Shown: positions 1-27,900 of the stretch, piece after piece
Numbering within the stretch: the first letter of the stretch is position 1
Layout: every line of letters begins with the position of its first letter
Source: Podarcis pityusensis
Taxonomy: Eukaryota
DNA: 64,000 nucleotides
Reading direction: 5' to 3' (one strand)
NCBI GenBank assembly: GCA_964106645.2
Contig: OZ067044.1
Program-made: the position numbers and the translations under genes
The notes under the pieces: generated by a model
The model's input: the letters and a program-made list of their open reading frames with translations, nothing else
Database searches by the model: none
Told to the model about the DNA's origin: nothing

Positions 1-15387
<15,387 letters not shown>

Positions 15388-16288
15388 AATGGCGGCGACA
15401 GCCGGAGGAAGGAAGGCCGCTGGGAGCCGACAAGTTCATCACCTACTCCGCGCTACTTGACAGGGCGCGGACGACAACCCGTCCACTTCACCGGCCGTGT
15501 TACCCTCGACTACCTTCCCCACCGCGCACGCAGCCTCAGCGGCTCTTCGGCGGCATTCTCGGCAGGCGCATGCGCGGCAGGCCACCATGACCGCCTACCC
15601 AGAATTGCGGAAGCTCCGCCCATTAGCCGCGAAGGAGGATGGGCGGGGCAGATCACTCCGCTGTTCACTTTGGGCGGGAAGGGAGTGGATCGAGTTTCGT
15701 GAGGGGGCTCGGCAGGTGGAGGAAGTGGGATTATTTTCTTTCTTCGTGTGTTAAGGCGCTGGAGGATTGGGGGATGCGGGTGCTTCTCAAGATCCCGAGG
15801 GAGTTCCCGATGTATACTTGCAAAATGCCCGTCAAGCTAAAGGGTCCTGAAAAAAGCATGTAAAGGACACGATTGTAAAGGAAGTTTGATACTGTACCTG
15901 TCAGTGAGGCCGATTACTCAGTGTCAGGAAAATGGAAGAAATCCAGTTTGGCTGTTAACGCGGCAGCTGCCTGCGTGCAGCATTTTATTTTTGCTTTCGC
16001 TTTATTTACATAGAAGAAAATAAAGGGGCAAACTCGGCATCAATGTTGTGTTAAGCCTGCTCCTTCCAGTGTTGAGTTCAGTAATGAGCAATCAAGTTTG
16101 TTCCTACCTGCTCAGGCCCTGGTCCTCATCTGCTTAGTCCCACACTTGTTCTGTTTCTTGGTCACAAAGAAGGAAAGCTGAGAGGAACATAGTTCACCTA
16201 TAGAACAGATACTTTACACGCAAAGGATCCCAGCTGCAGTCGCTAGCATTTATTTATTTATTTATTTATTTACTTGCTTACTTACTTA

Positions 16289-16643
16289 AAGGTAAAGGTA
16301 AAGGGACCCCTGACCATTAGGTCCAGTCGTGACCGACTCTGGGGTTGCGGTGCTCATCTCGCTTTATTGGCCGAGGGAGCCGGCTTACAGCTTCCGGGTC
16401 ATGTGGCCAGCATGACTAAGCCGCTTCTGGCGAACCAGAGCAGCGCACGGAAATGCCGTTTACCTTCCCGCCCGAGCGGTACCTATTTATCTACTTGCAC
16501 TTTGACGTGCTTCGAACTGCTAGGTTGGGAGGAGCTGGGACTGAGCAACAGGAGCTCACCCCATCACGAGGATTCGAACCGCAGACCTTCTGATCGGCAA
16601 GTCCTAGGCTCTGTGGTTTAACCCACAGCGCCACCCGCGTCCC
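16289..16643 (-). mobile_element. Sauria SINE (Squam1), full length, young
   Basis: (ACCTTT)n tail, head GGGACGCGGGTGGCGCTGTGG on the minus strand, GGTTCGAATCC B box, 11-bp TSD TTACTTACTTA (16278-16288, 16645-16655). Confidence 0.92.
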
Positions 16644-16880
16644 TTTACTTACTTACACATTTGCTAATATTTCTGTACTGCTGAACAATCTAGCCTTTCT
16701 GTAAAAACTTTCTGTCAAAGGTAAATAATAAAAAACTAAAATGCACAAAAGCCATACAACTAGATTGTACCAATGTAGAAGTTGCCAACGTTTTGGGGCA
16801 GTGGGTACATTTTGAATTTTGACAAAAGTGCTGCAAACACCAGTCACAAACTGACTACAATGGGTCTATTGCAGTGGTTC

Positions 16881-17240
16881 GAGGGAGTGGGTGGCGCTGT
16901 GGTCTGAACCACTGACCCTTGGGCTTGCTGATTGGAAGGTCAGCAGTTCAAGTTTGAGCAACAGGGTGAGCTCCCATTGCTCTGTCCCAGCTTCTGCCAA
17001 CCTAGCAGATCAAAAGCAACACCAGTGCAAGTAGATAAATAGGTACCACTGTGGTGGGAAGCTAAATGGTATTTCCATGCACTCTGGTTTCCGTCATGGT
17101 TTTCCGTTGCACCAGAAGCTGTTTAGTCATGCTGGACCTGGAAAAGCTGTCTATGGACAAGCACCAGTTCCCTTGGCCTGAAGCGAAATGAGCGCCCCAC
17201 CCCATAGTCTCCTTTGATTGGACTTAACCATCCAGGTTCT
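16881..17240 (+). mobile_element. Sauria SINE (Squam1), older copy
   Basis: gggtggcgctgtggtc head, gtgcaagtagataaataggtacc core, tail eroded. Confidence 0.85.
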
Positions 17241-18674
17241 CATAACCCACCTAGGGAGTACATGACATTATTCACATAACAAAAACTACCAAAAAGATAT
17301 CAAAATTTTCCAAAGTAGGGAATCCATGGCTTGGCTTTTGAACAACATGGGTCCACAGTATTTAGTTAATGGGAACTTCTGGTGTATTGTATAGCACAAA
17401 ATTGTCACCACCACACTTAGAGGGAAGCCTCACACTTCTCTTTCAGAATTGAAGACGGTTGGTGTATATGACCTTGGTATCCAATGAAATGTGGGCATGT
17501 TTAATGATGTTAATTGTTCAAGATGCCAAACCAGTGTAAAAGGCAAGAAGATCAAACAGTATTGTGTGCATTGTGGATTTTTGAAGCCTTTCCTAACAAG
17601 TATTGGTGAGCACACTGGTGCCTACAGGCACTTCGGAGACAGCCCCTGTTCTATGGCATGTATTGCTGGTTATTGCTACAGTGAAAGCTGTCTATAAGGA
17701 TTCAGTCCAAAAAGCAAGGGTGATCTGTCCACCAAAGCAATTTCTCCCCTTCCACCACACCAACCTGGGTGGTGGCAAAGGAAAAAAGTAAACACAATGC
17801 TGGGGTGTATGTTGTGGTAAATGTTTACGTGCAAGTTTGTGTGGCCATAACCAGCTTTTGACCACATTCATCCCTGTTAAATTGTTTACCTTTGGGCCAA
17901 AGGTTAGTCTCTCCTGATTTAAGAGAAAGTACTTAGATTGGACCAATTTAATGTTAATGGGACAAAATCCAATTCCCATGTTAAACTGAGTGTTTTAATA
18001 TAAACTAGAATTGCAGCAATGTTGGGATATGTCTTGCATAAATGCAACTATTTTAGAAGTCCCAATGATTTCAATGAAACTTATATCCAGGTAACTGTGT
18101 AAAGGACTGGAGTCTAACAGCGGCATTCTCAACCATCACCGCCCCCCCCCCCCCATCTTTGCTGATGGAGGTTAGGATATGCTGGCGGGGGACATTTCCT
18201 GACGGGGGGGGGGCGTGCTCTGCAGCAGTTTATTAGCCAGCGGTGGTTCCGCCAGTGGTATCAAGCTCAGGGCCCCAAACAGGGCGTTTACTAGGGCAGA
18301 GCAAAGCCACCGGATCCCAAACTGTTTCGTCCCCGACCGGTGCTTCTTGCCAGAGGCGAAATTGATTAAGCGGACTCCTCGGCGTGCGTCTCTGCAAAAA
18401 ACCCAAACCCCAGCATGTTCAGGGCGGGTCATGGGAAATTCTTAAAGCTTCCGCCTGTTGGGTTTGGAAATCAACAAATCCTTCCTCGCTCGAGAAGAAC
18501 AATGGGGCGGCTCTTCGGTTCCCTCCCCTCCTCCCCTGCCGGGGCTGCCTCAGCTTCTGCCTGAGGGAAAGGCGCAAAAGCGCAAGCGCCGGGGAGACGC
18601 TCCATTGGCCGCCTCCTTCCCGTTAAGGCCCTGCGCTCCACGCAATTAGACTGAGCCAGGCGCGCCTTTTCGAG

Positions 18675-18676
<2 letters not shown>

Positions 18677-18710
<34 letters not shown>

Positions 18711-18800
18711 TCGCGCCGACAGTGCAGCTGCTGGTCAGGGGAAGCCGCTACTTCGCCTCCTCCGCTGCCTTAATCGTAGCAACAGCAGCAGCAGCAGCAG
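18677..18800. repeat. (GA)14 and (CAG)6 microsatellites just upstream of the SEH1L ATG
   Basis: (GA)14 at 18677-18704; (CAG)6 at 18783-18800. Confidence 0.92.
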
Positions 18801-18831
18801 CGAGCTCGGCTGACGGAGCGAGGCAGCCGAG

Positions 18832-18942
18832 ATGTTCGTGGCGCGCAGCATCGCGGCCGACCACCGCGACCTCATCCACGACGTTTCCTTCGACTTCCAC
18901 GGGCGGCGCATGGCGACCTGCTCCAGCGACCAGAGTGTCAAG
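18832..18942 (+). CDS. SEH1L: SEH1L exon 1 coding part
   Basis: [37 protein letters not shown]|gtgcgg; in-frame TGA at 18811 upstream. Confidence 0.96.
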
Positions 18943-21900
18943 GTGCGGGGATGCCGAGAGCGCGCGAAGGCCGCGGGGCCCGGTCTGTTTCCCCTCGTGA
19001 ATCGGGCTAGACCCGCGCGGGGCCCGTTGACGCCCATGCTTCTCCGGCCGGCTCCCTTGCTCGCCCTTCTCTCTCGGGGACCACGCGCTGCCCCTCCGCT
19101 GCCCGGCTCCTTCGGTCAGGCCTCAAGGAGGGCTACTGCGGTGGCTTGGGCACTTCTGCCTGCCCTGGGTAACAGGTGGTCATGGGGAGGGGGGCTTGTA
19201 GGAGGGCCACGTTTTTATAGCAGCCTTTTTACAACGGAAGAAATAACAAATTGTAGGACATGAGAAAGTCCCTGTTTTGTTTTTGTAGCGCGGGAGAAAA
19301 CCCAACAAACCCAAAACAGGCCCATGGACTGCTTTTGGTGGCAACTTCAAGTTACAGTACTTGAACTAATAATTAAAAAGGCAGGATGCGTGTGGTATGA
19401 ATGAAATGGTTAAGTCGGGAACTTCTCTAGCAGCGTGTCTTGTCCCCTGCCCTCTTTGGCAAAAGTTCCACGGAATTCGATGGGGCTTACTTCCAGATAG
19501 CAAGGGTGCATACGCCTCTGTCCTTAATCATCTTTCTGTATTTTGGACCAGTGCAATGTAATTAAACTTAAAGGGTTCTCAAAGGCAATGTTGGGCAAGT
19601 CATGGTAGATGGAAGAGTCACAACTTATTAATAGAGAAAGCAAGTAATAATGTGGGATGATGGACATGTTCAGAGGCTTTTTTATTAAACATGCAATTAG
19701 TGTGACTGTAATTTTTCTGATTTTTGTTTTGTGTTAATACCCATGGGTCCATCAGAAGATTTGTGTGGCCTTGTAACATACCGTATTTTTCGCCCCATAG
19801 GACGCACCGGCCCATAGGACGCATCAAGTTTTTTGGGGGGGAAATAAAGGAAAAAAAAATTATTTCCCCCCCCCCCGGCGCTTGTGGGGCCGGCAGCGGG
19901 GAGAAGCGCTCTTCTCCCCGCAGTCCGCCTTCGGACCAGGTCCGGGGACAGCGGGAAGACGTGCTGCGCCTCCCAGCTGTCCCCAGAGCTTGCGGGGCAG
20001 GCAGCGGGGAGAAGCGCTCTTCTCCCTGTCGCCCGCCTTCAGATCAGGTCCGGGGACAGCAGGAAGACGCGCTGCGCCTCCCAGCTGTCCCCAGAGCTTG
20101 TGGGGCAGGCAGCGGGGAGAAGCGCTCTTCTCCCCGCCGCCCGCCTTCAGATCAGGTCCGGGGCGCTGCGCTGCGCCTCCCCACTGTCCCCGGAGCTTGC
20201 GGGGCAGGCAGCGGGGAGAAGCGCTCTTCTCCCTGTCGCCCGCCTTCAGATCAGGTCCGGGGACAGCAGGAAGACGCGCTGCGCCTCCCAGCTGTCCCCA
20301 GAGCTTGTGGGGCAGGCAGCGGGGAGAAGCGCTCTTCTCCCCGCCGCCCGCCTTCAGATCAGGTCCGGGGCGCTGCGCTGCGCCTCCCCACTGTCCCCGG
20401 AGCTTGCGGGAAAAAGTGCGTCCTATAGGGCGAAAAATACGGTATGTATGCAATAAGTTGTTTGCTTTTAAAAAGTGGTTTGAGATTATTTTCCAGAGTT
20501 TTGCAGTACAGGTTTGCAATAGGTGTAGACAATTTGGATTTATTTTCCTTAATGGGAATTAGTGATTTGGGATTAATAACGATTTAGGCTGCAATCCTAA
20601 CCATGTTTACTCAGAAGCCAGTCCTATTGAATTTAATGGAGTTTACTCCCAAGTAGGTGGGTTAGGATTGTAAATCATTCTTCAGTGTTCACCCCTCTTA
20701 ACCTGGGAGTAAACCCCACTGAATTAAAACTTTTGAGTAGATGTAGAAGGCTGTGTAAGTGTGTACCAGCTGAGATATAGATTGATCCTCTTTGTTTACT
20801 CAGAAGTAAGTTGAACTGAGCTCAGTGGCACTTTCAAGTAAGGATACTAGTTTTGCAGCTGAGAAAGAACACAGACTAGAGGTGTGTATTGTACTGTCTT
20901 TTACCTAGAATAAACCTAACTAAAATTAATGGATCTCAGTTGTTTCAGTGGGACTACTGTTGTATGTAATTCAGAGTAATGTTCATTAGGGGTGTGTATG
21001 TATATTGTATATATTCTCTATATAATAATTATAATATACTGTAATGACTCATGTCTAGCTGACATATAAAGTTTGCAAGTCAGTACCGTAATTATGTGTT
21101 CACTTGGAAGTAACTTCCAATGTGGTAAATGAATTTAATTCCCAGGTAAAAATGCAGAGTTTTAATGATAAAATTGATTTATCTTGCTTTATATAGGAGA
21201 ATGTATTGGAGAAAGTAACCATTACTTCTAAGACCCATTTTGCACATGTCAATTTTCCTGCATAAATATTGCTGCCATGTAGAAATTTATATGCACTGTG
21301 TCATCCTGCACATGTAGATGTCTGCATGTAGCAGAATGCTATGATTAGCTGTAACTTCCCAATGTATATTCAGCAAATACATACTTATGTGCTATGCCAT
21401 ATAACCTTTTCATACACAGAAGCAGTGTTAGAAACTGGGATAGAAAAGCTAGGAGCGAAATGGCTTCTGAGACCTAGGTTGAGGCCACCAAAACAAAATG
21501 TCTAGTTGCCATGGGGGGGGGGTTCAGCAACATGTTTTATTTTGATAAGCATGAACTGGTGTTTACATTAAAAATATTGTTACCATACTTCAGTTTTGAA
21601 ACACCCTACTTTTAATTGTTAATTGTCTATACTTAACTTGTACTTCGAGGCTTCAAAGCACATACATTTCAGTAATCCTTGAGAGTGCTCATAAATGGAG
21701 AATCTTTGGAGAAGCACAAAATGTGCTTGGCACCCTACTAATTTTGAACCCTGCATAGAAATTATATCTGTGTAAGAAAATGATATAGGTAGCCTCAAGG
21801 ATTCCAAGTGGTCCAATGTTGGGGCCAGATACTCTTGTGGTCCTAGTGAACAGAGGCAATTCCAAATTGGAATAGCACACACACTCACTGTCCTTTTTAT

Positions 21901-24900
21901 AGAGAAATCTATGCACAATTCTTATTTGGCTCACATATGAGTTGATATTATAGAAGAATATTTGTGGTTTAGCATCCTTCTGGGACTCTCCACAAACCTT
22001 GATCTATGGACTTGTTTGTGGAATCATTGTACTTTCTCTAACTTTTGAATAAAAGATTTAGATACTGTTTGGTTTTCTTAATAGGTTTGGGACAAAGGTG
22101 AAAATGGAGAATGGCACTGTACTGCCAGCTGGAAGGTAAGGGCTGAAACCTGGAAAAATCAGTTGCATGCAACAGTTTTTGGCATGAGAAGCCACAATGT
22201 AGGGAAAGATTCATTCCAAACAATGCAGTCCTATGCATGTTCACGCAGCAGTAAAATTATCATTGTTCAATGGGGCTTACTCCCTTGAAGTTTCTTAAGG
22301 ATTGCAGCCTGAATGTGTAACCCAATAATTGTCTGCAGCTATAATTCGGTGTAAATTACTTTACTTTTAACTGCTAAGTCAGTCCCTATGAATGTTTAAC
22401 TACACAAAACTCCTGGCATGAAATTTTGTTTCCTCTCTGTTGAAACTATAAAGATGCTCATATATACAGATGTTCATGTTTCTGTTCAGATTTGCAAAAA
22501 TGTTTTCCTTGAATTTTCCATTCACACTTTACATATTTCCAGTCTGTTTCTTCAATATGCAGGTCCTTTTCCAAGATGGCTAGCGGTATATGAATCACAA
22601 AAACACCCCTCTTCTTATTAAAAGAAATTTGGTGGAGGTCTCTCATGTTGTGCTGACACTTGGATAAGGTAGAAACTCCTACCTATCCCAAAGCTCAGTG
22701 TCATATGAGTTATTCCTTACGTCCATCTCATCAAGTCCTTTTGTATATGCCACTTGGGAAGTACCATATTTTTCCATGTATAAGACAACCCCTATTTTTT
22801 GGGACTGCAACAGAAATTGGGGGAGGGGAGGAGGAATTGCCCAAATTACTTTACAGCCTGCCCACCACTGCAAATCGCACGCATCACCACGACCACCAAA
22901 CATCTGCACGCTCGCTGCCAAAAGCCCACCTGCCCACTCAACGCAACCACAGCCAATTGCACGCATGACTCGCCGCTGCCATGAATCGGCCGCCCAATTG
23001 CCGCAGCCAATCATCAGCAGGCCTTGCCGCGGCAACCAATCACACGCCCAATCGCTACTGCCAATCTGCTGGCTTCTGCCACCAATCGCCCATCCCCCCT
23101 CTGCTATCCGTGTATAAGATGATCCGCAATTTTTGCCTATTGTTTCTAAGGAAAAAACATTATCTTATAAACGGAAAAATACGGTATCTCTTGTGACACA
23201 AAACTGTGGATCAGGCAAAAGGAGCACATGGTTTGCCTGCTTCAAATCATGGTTTTGTGTGGCATGCAAATGTGGCCAACATGTATCCATGTGGGAAATT
23301 GCCTCCAGGGTCCACTTGGAATATTATGTGTGCATGGACTTTGACCCTATTACTTCAGTTAACTGGGTAGGTGGTATACAACATAGAATCATGGAATCCT
23401 AGAACTGTAGGGTTGGAAGGGACCCTGAGGATCATCTAATCCAACTCCCTGCAATACAGGAATATTCAGCTGTCCCATACATTTTAGTTTGTGTTTTGGA
23501 AATGGATCAGTCAAGGGGAGGACTGTAAAGGGACTTTGATGTTTGATACTTAATTTATATTGCTGTTACTATTTTTCCTCCCCGCCTAGAAAGGTGCATA
23601 CGTTAAAACATCTTCAATTTTAGTCTTTGGTTTTCAAGTTCCAGTTCTCCTTACCTTTCCAGACCCATAGTGGATCTGTGTGGCGTGTTACATGGGCACA
23701 TCCAGAGTTTGGACAGGTCTTGGCTTCCTGCTCTTTTGACAGAACAGCTGCTGTATGGGAAGAAATAGTAGGAGAATCAAATGATAAACTTCGAGGGCAA
23801 AGTCATTGGGTAAGGTTTGAAGAGTGACAGTTCTAATGCACTCATTTCTCACATATAATTTATAGCATTGTCGCTGCCTCGAGGATTTACTTTGCTAAAT
23901 TTCACAGTTAAGAGATTTATTATAATTTTTTTAAAGAAAAGTTCTATATTCACAAAGCTACGTATTTGAATATATATAGATATATTTAGTTTGATTTGTT
24001 TACTATACATGGCTTTTGACGAATCATAAGCTTGGACCCTACATTTTTCTTCTATTCAGACAAGGAGATGTGTGATATCTACCAACTTCTCTCCATCTGC
24101 AGTCCCACATCGCATATCCTACACCAATCTCAAGAGTTCCTCAACTCTCAGGAGCAGATTTTTGGGAGGTGTAGGGAGTTGCAGAGAGGAGGTGACAAAG
24201 CCCCATTATGTGAACAGAACTCCATTCCTTTTGTGTAATAAAAGTTAAGATCCAAGCTGTAGCTCTGGTGGGATGTTGATTATCCTGTTAATCCACATGA
24301 TTGGGGTGAGGTTGGGGTTGAAAAGTATGGGAGGGCAAAGGCCATGATTCAAATACCACTGACAGTCTTCTGCATATGCACAGAAACATTTTAGCTCTCT
24401 CCTTCGAGCAGCTGCCTTTACTGCCTCTTGAAAAGCCCTCCTCCAAGGTTGGGGGCGCCCCTAGACCTGGACCCTAGAGCAGAGACTGCTTAATGCAGCC
24501 CTTTGACACTACTAGCCAATCTGACCTAGCAAGAAATGAATTGTCTTACTCAAATTCAAGTATCTATTAGTTTTAATTCTGATTAGCTTCTACTATTTGC
24601 TTGGCTCTTACCTTTAGTATTAACAATGATCTGCCCATCGCAGTATACAAGAGCATTCTTTATGCTTACAGCTAGAATGTATTTCAATTGAATTTTTCAT
24701 AATATCAAATGAACATACTTGCTCTCCTTAACTTTGGAGCTTGTAAGATTTCTAATACAGTTATGTTTCATGGTTATGTTTTTCATGAAATTTATCAAAT
24801 GTGTAGTATCTTACCTGTTTACAGATAAAAATTTAGCTCTCTATTCTAAAGTTTATTTACCTAAAGAAATAAATGATGGTGCATCTAAAAATCTGTTTTC

Positions 24901-27900
24901 CTTCTTCTAATGACTGCTCCATTGATTATCTTTAGGTGAAGAGGACTACTCTGGTTGACAGTAGGACATCAGTTACAGATGTAAAGTTTGCTCCTAAGCA
25001 TATGGGCCTCATGCTGGCAACATGTTCAGCAGATGGAGTTGTTAGGATATATGAAGCACCAGATGTTATGAATCTCAGTCAGTGGTCACTTCAGCATGAA
25101 ATCTCATGTAAACTAAGCTGCAGTTGTATTTCTTGGAATCCTTCAAGGTAAGCTATCAATTCTCTTGACAGGCTAATCAGAAAGTAAAGAGGGAGGGAAA
25201 CCCTAAGGGTAATTGGCTTGTTTCCTTCTTGTGTAATCTTTATTTAAATTCTTGACTGTAAAATAGTGGTGCTGGGTCTAAAAGGAATTCGAGACTGTTG
25301 AATAGTTAGACTAGGTGATGCAAAAAACCTTTCTGTCTGAGATCCTGAGATCCTGCCATCAGGTGTCCACTGTGCATGTTGTTTTTTAAGAGAAAATGTA
25401 TTGAAGAATTTATTTTCATCATCAGAAATCCTCTGTAAGAATATTCCATTTTGCATTTGCAGCTCTCGCGCTCATGCACCTATGATAGCTGTAGGAAGTG
25501 ATGACAGCAGCCCAAATGTACTGGCAAAAGTTCAGATTTATGAATACAATGAAAATACCAGGTAAGTGGAAGAAAACAAAGCAACTTTCATTTTTAAACA
25601 CTTCATAATATTGCTTCACAACATCATTTGTTCTTCTGAGACTTGAACATGTTAAAATGGTTTGCTGAAACCATAATTTGGTATTGATTTTAAGTTTATA
25701 CTATAGATCACCAGTGGTCCCTCCAAATGGCCTGTGTGACCATTTATAGCAAATTCCACCCACCTGCCAATCATACAATGCTATTTACTGTCACCTGTCT
25801 TCATTCTAATCTGCCTTGCTGCTTTTACTAAAGTTCCCTCCAAAGTATATGTGAAATACAGTTAAAGATGATCCCATCCGCTTCTGACCCACATATACCA
25901 TTGGCATGTGGCCTCCAGAACGTTGGCCAGGTTTGAATCTGGCCCTTAGGCTGAAAGTGGTTCTCCGTTCCAGCTATAAACCTATGGCAGGCTTATTTCA
26001 AGCCTAAATGTCATGCTGGGAGTGCATGGGAGGAGGAAATCACAGCAGGGAAAGAAGATTTTAACCTACTTGCGTTCTGTAAGATCTCCCCTTCCTTAGC
26101 CTTGTGGCTAGTAAAGAAAAACCCTAACATTTTTCCAAGCCTGATTGTGGTAGTGGGTGAGTCTGAGTATTCCCCGCCTCTCTCTGTGGGGGGTATTTGT
26201 ATGTGTGCATTTGCTCTCTGCCTGTTCTGGCCACACCCAGTTCTGTTCGGGTTCTGCCACTGCAGGCATTTGACCTTCAGAAAGTTGGCTGCAAGGGGAC
26301 ATGACCTCCTTGCTGCAGGAGGTTCCCCACTTCGGCTGTATAGCTAATGTTCAAGTTGAGGCTGAGGGAGAAGTAACTTGCCAATGCTCCATGATAATTT
26401 AATGACAGAAGTTGGGCTTGAACAACAATCTGTAGAGAATACTGAATATTTTAGCTTTCCTAATAATATGCTATTATTTTCCTTAAAAGTTTTGCAAGGC
26501 TACATTTAATTAATGAATGCCAACCATAAAAATCCTGTCCTGTGTACTTTCCTCCAAATATAGAGTCTGTTGCCAAAACAAAGCAGCTTTTTCTACTCAA
26601 AGATCCAAACTCTCTATAATAAGCTTGATTTGACTAATTGGGAATAGTGAGTGATGTTGAAGTAATGAGAAACATATGATCTGTGGAAAGTTTTCCCCTT
26701 CCTATGGTTTTAATTTTTTTGGAATCTAAGAGTACAGTCTGTTTTTTCTGCTATGAATCAACAGACTTGCCATTCTGAACTTCAGTACCTCAAAAAGAAT
26801 TTCCATAGCACTGCCTATTAAATTCATTGCAGTAAAAAGACAACTTGTGTATTTAATGTTTCTGATTCAAGTCAGTGTTATTGTTGAGTGACCTGGTCCC
26901 ATCCTCTTGTTGTTCATAACAAAAATCAGTTGTCACTTGAACACTTCATAACATGGCAATAATTTTGTAGCAAATTGTACATCCCAGACATCAAATAGTA
27001 CTAATTATAGTACACATACATTCTAGAAAAAAAGGATTATTATCTAGAGAACACTTTTTTAAAAATACTTTCATGGGACAATTTACCGATAATGTTGTTA
27101 TAAAAACAGTTTGGGGGGGCGGCTTTAATGTGTTTCTCTGTTTAGAAATTAATACACTGTCTGTCTCATTTTTCAGGAAGTATGCAAAAGCAGAAACACT
27201 TATGACAGTCACAGACCCTGTGCATGATATTGCATTTGCTCCAAACCTGGGAAGGTCCTTCCATATATTGGCTGTAGCTACCAAAGATGTGCGAATTTTC
27301 ACATTAAAACCACTAAGGTGAGTTTTTGACATACATATCCTATAATGTGGAAGCAGATATTTGGTATTTTCTTTCTCAACTATGGAACTAATTGTCCTCA
27401 TGGTTAAGAACTGTGTAAGTTTATTCGATATTCAGTAATCCTTTTTTTTAAGCAGCACACAAAAAAGGGCAAAACATTGTTTTACTTTCTGTAATTAAAA
27501 GAATGGATGTATTTCAAGCAGATCAAACTCCAATATACAATTTTGCTTTCAACAGAAAGGAACTGACTTCTTCATCAGGCCTGACAAAATTTGAGGTCCA
27601 GTTAGTGGCTCAGTTTGATAACCACAATTCTCAGGTCTGGCGTGTAAGTTGGAACATTACAGGCACAGTGCTTGCATCTTCAGGAGACGATGGGTGTGTA
27701 AGGCTTTGGAAAGGTAAGTGTTCCTTCAGAATTCTGTGTGATTAAATGTTAAATTATTAGAAGACTATGGCTTCAGTCTTAAGCGTACATAGTAGTAACC
27801 TGCTTAGCACTGGCTACAGTTAGATTTTTAAAAATATAATGTGTTTTAGGAGCTATATCATTAGTTATACTATTTTAACTGTCATAAAAATATCTTTCTC

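Larger units (their letters stand above)
18140..19150. promoter_or_regulatory. CpG island / SEH1L promoter
   Basis: CpG-rich block enclosing SEH1L exon 1; reverse CCAAT (ATTGG) near 18604; GC boxes. Confidence 0.8.

Noticed and set aside
19880-20410. Palindromic repeats resembling a CRISPR array
   Set aside because: Intervening sequences are themselves repeated rather than unique spacers, there are no cas genes, and the context is a vertebrate intron
19724-20562. Four overlapping 190-234 aa ORFs
   Set aside because: By-product of a GC-rich tandem array with unit lengths divisible by three inside a MITE; no domain-like content
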